A stretch of DNA of 64,000 nt from Opitutaceae bacterium (GCA_024711005.1 JANJTQ010000182.1:3294-67293), one strand, 5' to 3'. Counted from the first letter of the stretch, positions 1 through 9,671 are shown. The notes: generated by a model from the letters alone, not told the origin. Made by a program: numbers and translations.

Positions 1-1
1 C

Positions 2-3000
2 ATCGATCACACCCATCCCGATCTCGCGGCCAACATGTGGACCAATCCCGGCGAAATCGCCGGCAACAACATCGATGACGACGGCAACGGTTATGTGGAC
101 GACGTGCGCGGATGGGACTTTGTGAACGACGACAATAATCCCATGGACGACAACCGCCATGGCACCCACGTCGCCGGAACCATCGGAGGCGTTGGAGGCA
201 ATTCGCTTGGGGTCGTCGGGGTGAACTGGCAGGTCAGTCTCGTTGGACTCAAGTTCCTCTCCGGAAGCGGCTCCGGAACCCACTCCGATGCGGTGGAAGC
301 CGTCGCCTACGCCACTACGCTCGGCCTCGAACTCACCTCCAATTCCTGGGGCGGCGGAGGCTACTCCCAAGCCCTTTACGACGCCATCGCTGACGCCAAC
401 ACCGCCGGTCGCCTCTTCATCGCCGCCGCCGGGAACTCCTCCCGCAACACCGACACATCGCCCAATTACCCGTCCGGCTACAACCTCCCGAACATCATTG
501 CGGTCGCGGCGACCGATCACGCCGATCAACTCGCCTACTTTTCAAACTATGGAGCATCGACGGTCGATCTGGCCGCTCCTGGCGTTAACACGCTCAGCAC
601 GACACCCGGGGGAACTTACCAGAGCCTCAGCGGCACTTCCATGGCGACCCCACATGTGGCCGGAGCCGCCGCCCTCCTTTGGGCCCACCGCCCGTCTTTG
701 ACCGCAACCGACATCAAATCGGCCCTGCTGGTTTCGGTGGACACAAAAGCCCACCTCTTGACCAAAACGGTCTCGGGGGGACGGCTCAACGTCCACTCCG
801 CTCTCCTTTCCTTGGAAAATCTCCTCGTTTCTCCCAACTCCGGCTGGTCGGTCTCCGTTCCATCGGAAGGCCCCATTCCCTCGACCGGCGCTGCTTACAC
901 GCTACGGAATCTGTCTGACTCGGCCCTCGCATGGACCGCCACGGTCGATGTGCCTTGGGCGCAGCTGACCGTCGCCTCAGGGGTGGTCCAGCCCAATGGC
1001 ACCGCCACCACCACCGTTTCCCTTAATGCGGCCGCTGTGCAGAACCTGCCGACAGGCACCCATTCCGGTAAATTGCGAATCACCGATGTTGCCAGCGGAC
1101 TTATCCACGTCCGTCCGCTCTCTCTGAATATCACGCCTCCGGCAGTCTTCACCTTCGATCTGTCCTCCGATCCAGGTTGGACACGAACCGGTCAATGGGC
1201 ATTCGGCAAGCCCTCCGGGTTGGGTGGTGGTGCTTATGGCAATCCCGATCCCGCGTCGGGATACACAGGGAATAACGTCCTCGGGGTAAACCTGATGGGC
1301 AATTACTCTACCACGCCCGGCGGCCCCCACACCTTGACGGCCGGCCCCTTTAATTTCACCGGATACGCAGCGACCCGTCTCCAATTCCGTCGCTGGCTCA
1401 ATAGCGATTATGAGCCCTACGTATCGGCCAAAGTTGAACTCTCCACCAACGGCACCACTTGGCAGACCCTTTGGGCCAATGGATCAACGTTCGTCACCGA
1501 GTCCGCCTGGAGTCTTCAAGACATCGATTTGGCGGCTTACGCGGACAACAAGCCGTCGGTTTCGATCCGCTGGTCTTACACGATCAACGGCGGCGCCTGG
1601 CCGCTTTCCGGGTGGAACATCGACGACATTGTTATTTTGGGCGCCCCGCCCCAAACCCTCCGCTTCGATGCGGTCGGACCGCTCAACGAGGGAGCCGGTT
1701 CATCGAGTGCCACGCTCAATATCAAACCCGCACCGGCCGAGCCGCTCACCATCCAGTTCACCAGCGGAACGCCGGCCACCGTCGCTTCCCCCGCGTCGAT
1801 CATCGTTCCCGCCGGAGTCTCCTCCGTTGTCGTCCCCCTCTCCATTCTCGACAACACGGCGCTCGATGGCACCCGTACCGTTCTGATCTCTCCGTCCGCT
1901 CCGGGTTACAGCGCCGCACCCCTGTCGCTTACGATCCACGATAACGAGACCGCCACACTGACACTTGAATTGCCTGCGGTAGCGACCGAAGGCTCCACCG
2001 CCGTCGGACGCGTGTCCGTCGACACCGCGCCGACGGGCCCGATCACGGTGACATTGACATCGGATCTTGCCGACGCAGCCACCGTCCCTCCGACCGTCAC
2101 CATCCCAACCGGCGCCACGAGTGCCGATTTCACCCTCTCTTTCCCCGACAACACGAGGATCGAGAACTCTCGCGACGCCACGATCGACGCCAGCGTCACC
2201 GGCTGGATCGGCGCACAAGAAACCGTGTCGGTCGCCGACAATGACCTTCGCGCACTTTCCCTCAGCCTCGTTGGTGTTCTCGCCGAAGGCCGCGGCACGG
2301 TGACCGATGGCGGCACGCTGGCGCTCAGCGGCACGTTAACCACGCCCCTTACCGTCACTCTGGTCAGCTCTGCTCCGGACCAACTCTCTGTCGCGGCCTC
2401 GGTGGTCGTTCCCGCCGGCGCGACCTCCGTCAAGTTCCCGATTTCCCTGCCCGACGACGCGAATCTGGATGGAGCCCAGACAGTCACACTCACCGCCTCG
2501 GAAGCCACTTTTGCATCCGGAGAGACCACCGCGTCAGTGGCGGACAACGATCCCGCCTCGTTTGCCTTCGACACGATCCCTTCGCCGCAATACGTGAACC
2601 AAGCATTCTCGGCGCGGATCGTTGCTCTTGATATCAACGGCGCACCCGCCCTCGGGTTCACCGGTGCGGCCAACCTCAGCGGCACGATCGACGCCACGCC
2701 ATCGTCGCTGCAACCTTCGCAGACCAACGCGTTCGTCGCAGGCGAATGGACCGGTGCCATCACGACTCTGGCCGCGGGTGAAAACTGGACGTTACAGGCC
2801 ACCTACGGCTCGGTCTCCGGTGCATCCAACGCGTTCACCGTGCGCGTGCCCGTGGTGCAAATCGTCAACCTGGCCAACAACGACATCGTCTACGACGCCG
2901 GCACGAATCGCCTCTACGCCAGCACGCCTTCCGGCACCATCGTGCCGATCGACCCGGCGACGGGCGCCCTCGATCCGGCCATCACCATCGCCACCACCCC

Positions 3001-6000
3001 CGCCACCCTGCTCGCCCGCGCCACCGACGGCAGCCGCCTCTGGGTCGCGCACGATGCCAACGCGCAAATCATTCCGGTTTCCCTTCCTGATCTGACGGTG
3101 GGCGCGAGTTTCAACCTCGGCACGGGAAGCTACGGCCAGACTCGAGCCGAAGACATCGTCGCTCTCCCCGGCAGTCCCGACAGCCTGGCTGTTGCCCGCT
3201 ACCGCTCTGGCGTCTCCCCCCGCCACGATGGCGTCAGCGTTTACGTTAACGGTAGTCGACTCACCTCATCGACCCCCAATCATACCGGCAGCAACTCCAT
3301 CGAACCTGGCTCCGCTCCAGGCCGGATTTTCGGTTATAACAACGAGAGCACGGAGTTCGGATCCCGACGCCTTCAGGTGTCGGAAACCGGCATCACCAAT
3401 CTCGATGTCAGATCGGAAATCGCGACTGGCTTCGGTATAACCATCCACGCAAGCGACGATATCGTCGCAGCCAGCAGCGGCCGTATCTACGATGGTGAAT
3501 CCTATCGTATCCTCGCGTCGCTCCCCTATTCCGGACTCGTCCGCCCCGACGCCACCGCCAAGCGCATCTACCTGCTCTCCGACCAAGGCGGCGGTGTGCG
3601 CCGGTTGCGTTCCTACGATACCGACCGTTTCGCCGAAATCGGATCAATCAACGTCTCCGGAGTCTCGGGCACGCCCGGCACCTTGGTCCGCTGGGGCGAA
3701 GCCGGACTGGCCTTCCGCACCCCCACCCAAATTTTCATTCTCAACACCGTCGTCGTCCCCACAGCCGACTCCGCCAACCTTCAAGTCACCCAACTCGCCA
3801 CCCCAACATCTCCCGTGGTCGGAGCGCCGATCAATTATCTGGTCTCCGTACGCAATCTCGGAGGCGGTGATGCCGTTTCCGTGGTGCTCACCGACACCCT
3901 TCCCGCAGGATCAACGTTGGTCGAAGCCGTTGCCAGCCAGGGCTCGGTTGATTCCTCCGTTAGCGGACAGGTCAGCGCCAACATCGGCACGATTGCGGCC
4001 GGCGAGGAAGCCACCCTGCGCCTGCGACTCAGCCTCGCGTCCCCCGGGACCGTCACCCACACCGCCATCGCAACCGCCACCACCGGCGATCCCGACACGT
4101 CCAACAACCAGTCGGTCTCCACCCTCACCGCCTCCGCCCCCGGCACACTCTCCCTGCGACGGCTGTCCATCGGGGCACGTGACATCGCCTATGACAACAT
4201 CACGGATCGCCTGATGGTGACGACGAGCAACACCGCTTCGACGCCCAACTCACTGCTCCGCATCGACCCGGTCACACTCGCCCCGTATTCGGCCGATTAT
4301 CTCGGCGACAATCCGGGCCGACTCAAACTCACCAACGACGGACAATATGCCTATGCCATCCTGAACGGCACATTCGGTCTGGCCCGCGCCCCCATCGTGG
4401 CCGGCACGTCCCCTTTCCTCAATTTCCCCGTCGGTCACACGGGATCGACCTATGGGCTGATGCAAGCATACGATATCGTCCCCGTAAACGGACGTCCCGA
4501 AGCCTTGGCCGTGGCTCGCGACCAAGCGTCCGGCACCGTGGCCATCTATGAAAACGGGATTCAATTAAGCACATCAACAGCCTACTACAACGCAACATCC
4601 GTGCTGGTCGATAGTCCCACTGCCCAGCGTATATATGGCTATAATTCCAACAATACCGGCTTCGATTTTTATCAGCTCAACGTGCTCGCCAATGGCGTAA
4701 GCACGGGAGCCACGAAACAGGACCTTATCGAGTCGTTTAGCGTCAACCGGCTAAAACGCGCCGGAAATCTCATCTATACGAACAACGGCCGCATCATCGA
4801 TCCCGAAGCTCTCACACTCGTCGCCAACTTGGCCATCTCCGGCCCGGTAGAGCCCTCCTTCGACGACGATGTCTTCTACATCCTCGAAGGCTCCACCCTT
4901 CGCGCCTACGACCTCGTCACCCGCCAGCCCCTCGGCACCCTCGCGCTCGGCACCCTCGATGGCACACCCACCAACCTCGTCCGCTGCGGCGGCCGCCATC
5001 TCGCCTTCACCACCAGCACCGGACAGCTTTACGTGCTCGATGCTCCCTCGGTTGTCCCTCCTCCTCCGCTCCGCGTCGTCCTGCCGGCCCGCCTGACTGA
5101 AGGTGTCGGAACCGTCCCCGGTGTTGGCCAGGTGGAAATTCTCCGACCTTCCGACACCGACATCAGCTTCCAGCTTACCACGTCGGCCCCCGACGTGCTT
5201 GATGTCACCCGTAACCTCATCATCCCCGCCGGCCAAACCTCGGTAACCTTCGACGTCACCGTGACCGACAACGCCGGCCTCAACGGCACGCGCTCCGTGG
5301 TCATCACGCCCGCGACCACCGCCACCTATACGCCGAAACCAGCCACCGTGGAGGTCGACGATGACGAGACCGGCACGCTCTCCCTCTCGCTTCCCGACAT
5401 CTTGCTCGAAGGCTCCGGCGTAATCGGCGACATCGCCACCCTCACGCTTTCCGCGGCTCCCATCGCACCCGTGTCCATCGCCCTCTCCTCCTCCGATACC
5501 ACCGAGGTGCAGGTGCCAGCCACGGTCATCCTGCCCGCCGGAGAAACGTCCGTCACGTTCGCCGTCACGTTGCCCGATGACGATCTGCTGGACGGTCCCC
5601 AAGCCGCCACGATCACCGCCGCCGTTCCAGGCTACACAGCCGCCGTCATCGAGGCCCAGGTGCTGGATAATGAGGGAACCACGATCACGCTCACCCTGCC
5701 GGTGTCGGCCACGGAGGGATCTTACGTCTACGCGAATGTCACTCTGCCTGGCAAAGCCGTCTCGCCCGTCACCGTGACTCTCAGTTCCAGTGACACCACC
5801 GAACTCGGAAACGCCACCGGCACCATTCCCGCCGGGCAAAGCTCCGGCAGCTTCTACGTCGGCGGCGTGAATGATACTCTCACCGACGGTGCACAAACCG
5901 TCACGCTCACCGCTTCCTCACCGGGCTTCACCAGTGGCAGCGCCACCATCTCCATCACCGATAACGATGCCGCCACCGCATCCTGGTCCACGATCATCGG

Positions 6001-8488
6001 CTCTCAAACCGCCGGCACCGCGTTCAACGCCACGCTCACTTTTAAGACGATCGATGGACAAACCGCCACGGGCTACAACGGCAACGTGCCCGTCACCGCT
6101 CTGAATGCCGACGGCGCCGCCACGCTGAAAAATGCCCCCATCAATGTCTATGTTTCAGGTGGCGTCAGCACCGCCAGCTACACCGTGCTCACCGCCGGAA
6201 CCGACACCCGGTTGCGTGCCCAGCCCGTCAACTTTGCCGCGGTTGACAGCAATCTCTTCAAGGTAAACCCAGGCCCCGTTGCGGCTCTTCAGGTTGGAAC
6301 CATCCCGGCAACCCAGATCACGGCACAACCGACGACCCTCGCTCTCACCGCGCAGGACGCCTACGGCAACACCGTTACTTCGTTTACCGGCTCGGCCTCG
6401 CTGAGCATCGGCGGCGCGTTCCGCCAGGCAGGCTCGGGTACCCAATCATCCAAGTATCCGCTCCACCCCTACCACGACGAGGATCGCACCCAGATCATCT
6501 ACCTCGCGTCCGAACTCGGAGGAGCCGCCAAGCTGACGGGCGTCGCGCTCAAGGTGACCGCGCCGCTCAATGTCGCGCTGAACAATTGGACGATCCGCAT
6601 CAAGCCCACCGCTGCCGCCAGCTACGCCACCTCCGCCTCCTGGCAAGGATCGGGCTGGACCATCGTCCATCAAGGCACACCGCTGCCTTCAAGTCCCGGC
6701 TGGATCGAGTTCCCGTTCGCAACGCCCTACGACTACAACGGCACCGACAACCTGCTGGTCGATTTCAGCATCAAGAACTCCGGACACCCCAGCACCTACG
6801 GGATGGTCGAGGCAACGACCTCGGCCGACTATCGTGTTATGCACGGTTATGCCGATGGCGCCTACGGCGACCCCCTGAATTGGAACGGTGCCTCCCCGTC
6901 CTATGAACTCAGCACCGTGCGTCCGAACCTTCGTTTCCGCACACAACCGGTTGGCGGCGTCGTCACTCCGGGCAACACGGGCGCCTTCACCGCCGGCGCG
7001 TGGACCGGCCCCGTCACCTTCCTGCAACCGGGCGTCGGCGTTTCCATTCTGGCCACGTCGGGCGTCATCGCTGGGAACTCCAACACACTCGATATCCAAC
7101 TCGCGGCCCCCGTGCTCGCCCCTGAGCCTGCCATCACCGGCGGCACCGCCAATACCCTCGCGTGGACTCCGCCCTCGTTTATCACCGGCACCGCAACCAC
7201 TCAGGTGCAAGCCTCCCCGGAAGACACCTTCGCAGCCCCCGTCACCAGCCCTTGGCTCGACGCAACCACCCACACCGTCTCTCCCTTGACCGAGACCACC
7301 TGGCACTACCGCGCCCGCACCCGGCTGACCGTGCCCTTCACGGACACATGGGAGCAAACCAGCCTGGCAGACTTCTCCACCGGCACGCTCTCGCAGACCT
7401 CCGTGCAAACGAGCCCCGGCAACGTCGTCCTCGCGCTCAACGGCTCCACCTATTTCACGACGGGATCCATTACTTCTCCGCTTATCCAGCCCGCCAATCG
7501 CCAAAGCTGGGGCAAACTCGCCTACGACATCTCCACCCCTAACGGCACCACCCTCACCATCGATGTGCTCGACGGCATCGGCAACCTCCTCGCAGCGGAC
7601 GTGAGTTCAGACATCGATCTCAACCAGTTGCCCGGCGTCAGCGGCCAAATAAACCTGAAGCTCCGCGCCAATCTGCAAACGACCAGCCCATTCCTGACAC
7701 CGAGCCTGCGCGCTTGGACTCTCGGCTGGATCACCCCGCAAAGCCCCGCCATTTACGACAGTGCATGGAGCACCATCCTCACCTCGCTCCAAGACGCCAC
7801 CGCACCGGCGCTTGCGGTCACCTCCTCCGCCAACACCACCACCGCCGCCTACACGCTCACCGGTACAGCCGCGGATGCCAACGGCATTGTCTCCGTGTCC
7901 ATCAACGGACTCACCGCCACCACCGCCGACGGTTACGTAACATGGAACCAGGCCGTGACCCTGCATCCTGGAGCCAATGAATTCTCGCTCGTTGCCTCCG
8001 ATCCGGCCGCTCCCGCCAACACCATCACCACGCCCTTCACCGTCACCTACACACCTCCCGACGTCGATACCGACGGCATGCCCGATGCCTGGGAAGTTGC
8101 GCACGGCCTGGATCCGGAATCCCCCGCCAGCATCAACGGAAGCCTGGGCGACCCCGACAAAGACGGCTTACCCAATCTTCTCGAATACGCCTTCAATCTG
8201 AATCCTTCGCAGCCCGACGCCACGCCGCCCTACTCCACCCAAACCGTCGAGGATCCCGACAGCGGCCACCTCGCGCTCGGGTTCACCTACCGCCGCCTCA
8301 TTCATCCGGGCACGCTCACCTACAGCCTGCTGATTTCATCCAACTTGACCACATGGACCGCGCCCGTTCCCACGCCGGAAGAACTCTCCGTCACGCCCAA
8401 CCCCGACGGTCTCACCGAAACCGTGGTCGTGCGCATCCCGCTGAGTTCCGAACCGGCGTTTGTGCGACTCCAAATCGCAAATCCTTAA
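2..8488 (+). CDS. Giant secreted S8 (subtilisin-like) serine peptidase with Calx-beta/Ig-like repeats, two beta-propeller modules, a DUF11-like domain and a C-terminal D-x-D-x-D-G repeat domain; 5'-truncated by the window edge
   Basis: The frame is open from base 2 (IDHTHPDLAANMW), so the catalytic Asp motif lies just upstream. HGTHVAG, AAGN and GTSMATPHVAG motifs are present. Repeated 'VIPAGxTSVTF' Calx-beta-like units; C-terminal DVDTDGMPDAWE...DPDKDGLPNLLEYA. Confidence 0.92.
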   Translation: MDHTHPDLAANMWTNPGEIAGNNIDDDGNGYVDDVRGWDFVNDDNNPMDDNRHGTHVAGTIGGVGGNSLGVVGVNWQVSLVGLKFLSGSGSGTHSDAVEAVAYATTLGLELTSNSWGGGGYSQALYDAIADANTAGRLFIAAAGNSSRNTDTSPNYPSGYNLPNIIAVAATDHADQLAYFSNYGASTVDLAAPGVNTLSTTPGGTYQSLSGTSMATPHVAGAAALLWAHRPSLTATDIKSALLVSVDTKAHLLTKTVSGGRLNVHSALLSLENLLVSPNSGWSVSVPSEGPIPSTGAAYTLRNLSDSALAWTATVDVPWAQLTVASGVVQPNGTATTTVSLNAAAVQNLPTGTHSGKLRITDVASGLIHVRPLSLNITPPAVFTFDLSSDPGWTRTGQWAFGKPSGLGGGAYGNPDPASGYTGNNVLGVNLMGNYSTTPGGPHTLTAGPFNFTGYAATRLQFRRWLNSDYEPYVSAKVELSTNGTTWQTLWANGSTFVTESAWSLQDIDLAAYADNKPSVSIRWSYTINGGAWPLSGWNIDDIVILGAPPQTLRFDAVGPLNEGAGSSSATLNIKPAPAEPLTIQFTSGTPATVASPASIIVPAGVSSVVVPLSILDNTALDGTRTVLISPSAPGYSAAPLSLTIHDNETATLTLELPAVATEGSTAVGRVSVDTAPTGPITVTLTSDLADAATVPPTVTIPTGATSADFTLSFPDNTRIENSRDATIDASVTGWIGAQETVSVADNDLRALSLSLVGVLAEGRGTVTDGGTLALSGTLTTPLTVTLVSSAPDQLSVAASVVVPAGATSVKFPISLPDDANLDGAQTVTLTASEATFASGETTASVADNDPASFAFDTIPSPQYVNQAFSARIVALDINGAPALGFTGAANLSGTIDATPSSLQPSQTNAFVAGEWTGAITTLAAGENWTLQATYGSVSGASNAFTVRVPVVQIVNLANNDIVYDAGTNRLYASTPSGTIVPIDPATGALDPAITIATTPATLLARATDGSRLWVAHDANAQIIPVSLPDLTVGASFNLGTGSYGQTRAEDIVALPGSPDSLAVARYRSGVSPRHDGVSVYVNGSRLTSSTPNHTGSNSIEPGSAPGRIFGYNNESTEFGSRRLQVSETGITNLDVRSEIATGFGITIHASDDIVAASSGRIYDGESYRILASLPYSGLVRPDATAKRIYLLSDQGGGVRRLRSYDTDRFAEIGSINVSGVSGTPGTLVRWGEAGLAFRTPTQIFILNTVVVPTADSANLQVTQLATPTSPVVGAPINYLVSVRNLGGGDAVSVVLTDTLPAGSTLVEAVASQGSVDSSVSGQVSANIGTIAAGEEATLRLRLSLASPGTVTHTAIATATTGDPDTSNNQSVSTLTASAPGTLSLRRLSIGARDIAYDNITDRLMVTTSNTASTPNSLLRIDPVTLAPYSADYLGDNPGRLKLTNDGQYAYAILNGTFGLARAPIVAGTSPFLNFPVGHTGSTYGLMQAYDIVPVNGRPEALAVARDQASGTVAIYENGIQLSTSTAYYNATSVLVDSPTAQRIYGYNSNNTGFDFYQLNVLANGVSTGATKQDLIESFSVNRLKRAGNLIYTNNGRIIDPEALTLVANLAISGPVEPSFDDDVFYILEGSTLRAYDLVTRQPLGTLALGTLDGTPTNLVRCGGRHLAFTTSTGQLYVLDAPSVVPPPPLRVVLPARLTEGVGTVPGVGQVEILRPSDTDISFQLTTSAPDVLDVTRNLIIPAGQTSVTFDVTVTDNAGLNGTRSVVITPATTATYTPKPATVEVDDDETGTLSLSLPDILLEGSGVIGDIATLTLSAAPIAPVSIALSSSDTTEVQVPATVILPAGETSVTFAVTLPDDDLLDGPQAATITAAVPGYTAAVIEAQVLDNEGTTITLTLPVSATEGSYVYANVTLPGKAVSPVTVTLSSSDTTELGNATGTIPAGQSSGSFYVGGVNDTLTDGAQTVTLTASSPGFTSGSATISITDNDAATASWSTIIGSQTAGTAFNATLTFKTIDGQTATGYNGNVPVTALNADGAATLKNAPINVYVSGGVSTASYTVLTAGTDTRLRAQPVNFAAVDSNLFKVNPGPVAALQVGTIPATQITAQPTTLALTAQDAYGNTVTSFTGSASLSIGGAFRQAGSGTQSSKYPLHPYHDEDRTQIIYLASELGGAAKLTGVALKVTAPLNVALNNWTIRIKPTAAASYATSASWQGSGWTIVHQGTPLPSSPGWIEFPFATPYDYNGTDNLLVDFSIKNSGHPSTYGMVEATTSADYRVMHGYADGAYGDPLNWNGASPSYELSTVRPNLRFRTQPVGGVVTPGNTGAFTAGAWTGPVTFLQPGVGVSILATSGVIAGNSNTLDIQLAAPVLAPEPAITGGTANTLAWTPPSFITGTATTQVQASPEDTFAAPVTSPWLDATTHTVSPLTETTWHYRARTRLTVPFTDTWEQTSLADFSTGTLSQTSVQTSPGNVVLALNGSTYFTTGSITSPLIQPANRQSWGKLAYDISTPNGTTLTIDVLDGIGNLLAADVSSDIDLNQLPGVSGQINLKLRANLQTTSPFLTPSLRAWTLGWITPQSPAIYDSAWSTILTSLQDATAPALAVTSSANTTTAAYTLTGTAADANGIVSVSINGLTATTADGYVTWNQAVTLHPGANEFSLVASDPAAPANTITTPFTVTYTPPDVDTDGMPDAWEVAHGLDPESPASINGSLGDPDKDGLPNLLEYAFNLNPSQPDATPPYSTQTVEDPDSGHLALGFTYRRLIHPGTLTYSLLISSNLTTWTAPVPTPEELSVTPNPDGLTETVVVRIPLSSEPAFVRLQIANP

Positions 8489-8526
8489 GCCCCCACGCCC
8501 CGATCCTGCAGGTCCCACAACCCAAC

Positions 8527-8547
8527 TTGTCACTTATTAAGTTACAA
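8527..8547. repeat. AT-rich palindromic repeat (family A, TTGTCACTTAWTAAGTGACAA), slightly degenerate copy
   Basis: ttgtcacttattaagttacaa, one mismatch to the other four copies. Confidence 0.8.
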
Positions 8548-8582
8548 AATGACGTCGCAACGAGACGGAGCGCCCAAGCAGG

Positions 8583-8605
8583 TTTGTCACTTAATAAGTG
8601 ACAAA
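8583..8605. repeat. Palindromic repeat family A; overlaps the stop codon of the methyltransferase gene
   Basis: tttgtcacttaataagtgacaaa; on the minus strand it reads FVTY* with TAA at 8591-8593. Confidence 0.9.
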
Positions 8606-9376
8606 ATCGGCTTGTTTCACCCGCCTCTCCAAAACCAGCGTCGTGTCGCTGCCTCTGAAGAACTCGTAGTTGACCGCCACCACTTGCGAACGAATGCCGG
8701 CTGCCGCGAGGTCGGTGCGCAGACGTTCGAGTTCCGCGTACGGTCGCCCATCCGGTCCGCATACCGGATGGATCCGCACCTCGTCCCGGCTCACCCGCAC
8801 CAGTTCGCGACACGCCGCGAGGTGAAACGCATAATCAAACAGCCGTTCGTAAATGAAGAGCAGGTGCGCACACAGCACCACGTCGAAACTCCCATCGGCA
8901 AATGGAAGCCGCGGCAACGCACCGCCCACATAACGGTTGTCCAAAAACCCCGCCTCATAGTCCGCTAAAAACTCCTCCGCCGCAGCACGTCGATCGCGCT
9001 CGGCTTCGTCAATCGAACTGAACGACTTCAGCCGAAAGATCTCCGGCTTCGCCCGCATCTGCGCCACCGTCCGCACATAATCAAGCCGCACATACGCCGC
9101 CAAGGTTTCCGCCCGACATCCATAAAGCGGATCAACCGCGGTCGCCCGGATGCCCAGCCGCGTGGCCGCCGACGTGAAGGACGATGGTCCCGCCGCCACA
9201 TCAAGCACCGAGCGCCCGGGCAACGCTTCAAGATCGAGCGGGAAAAACTGTGTATACTCGGCCAGCGAACGGCCAAAAAATGCGACGGAGGATAATTCAA
9301 ACGAAGACAAAACGCCGGACGCGGCGGAGGTAAAAACCGAAGAAGAAACGGATGAGGGATTCGAAAAAGAGTTCAT
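8591..9376 (-). CDS. Class I SAM-dependent methyltransferase, function unknown
   Basis: SAM motif I 'VLDVAAGPSSF', 'LPRLPFADGSFDVVLCAHLLF', N-terminal 'FFGRSLAEY'. Start placed at ATG 9376, downstream of the leader terminator. Confidence 0.85.
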   Translation of the reverse strand: MNSFSNPSSVSSSVFTSAASGVLSSFELSSVAFFGRSLAEYTQFFPLDLEALPGRSVLDVAAGPSSFTSAATRLGIRATAVDPLYGCRAETLAAYVRLDYVRTVAQMRAKPEIFRLKSFSSIDEAERDRRAAAEEFLADYEAGFLDNRYVGGALPRLPFADGSFDVVLCAHLLFIYERLFDYAFHLAACRELVRVSRDEVRIHPVCGPDGRPYAELERLRTDLAAAGIRSQVVAVNYEFFRGSDTTLVLERRVKQADFVTY

Positions 9377-9419
9377 GACGAAGTGGTGATGGAGTTGTGG
9401 ATACACGCCAAAAGGCATG

Positions 9420-9447
9420 AAAAAACCCGGCTCGATTGAGTCGGGTT
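9420..9447 (-). terminator. Intrinsic terminator in the 5' leader of the methyltransferase (attenuator terminator)
   Basis: Minus strand AACCCGACUC-AAUC-GAGCCGGGUU (one mismatch) running into a 6-U tract, about 45 nt before the ATG. Confidence 0.8.
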
Positions 9448-9487
9448 CGGCGGGTTGGAAAACGATGCGGGCGAACAAACGCGCGCG

Positions 9488-9568
9488 TCACCATCGCCCA
9501 CCCGCGCTCCGCCACCACGCACCCAAGCGGGCAAGTGGGGTCAACAAGGACTGCGGGCGGGACGTCAT
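9488..9568 (-). CDS. Putative Trp leader peptide (26 aa) MTSRPQSLLTPLARLGAWWRSAGGRW
   Basis: Read manually. ATG at 9568, tandem UGG UGG plus a final UGG before UGA at 9490-9488, about 40 nt upstream of the terminator. Confidence 0.7.
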   Translation of the reverse strand: MTSRPQSLLTPLARLGAWWRSAGGRW

Positions 9569-9671
9569 GCCGTCACCGTTGTCTCCGCCGGGCCGTTCTC
9601 GCAACCCCGAAAATGCGACGGCTGCTCCCCACGTCGGGGGCAACGTGCCGACATCAACCGTTCCTCACGCC

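Noticed and set aside
8527-8605. Two tandem palindromes as a mini-CRISPR array
   Set aside because: Only two adjacent copies, the others scattered and one intragenic; no cas genes and no regular repeat-spacer period.
9377-9478. Longer N-terminus for the methyltransferase (ORF start 9478)
   Set aside because: The extension runs through the leader terminator and attenuator; ATG 9376 fits better.
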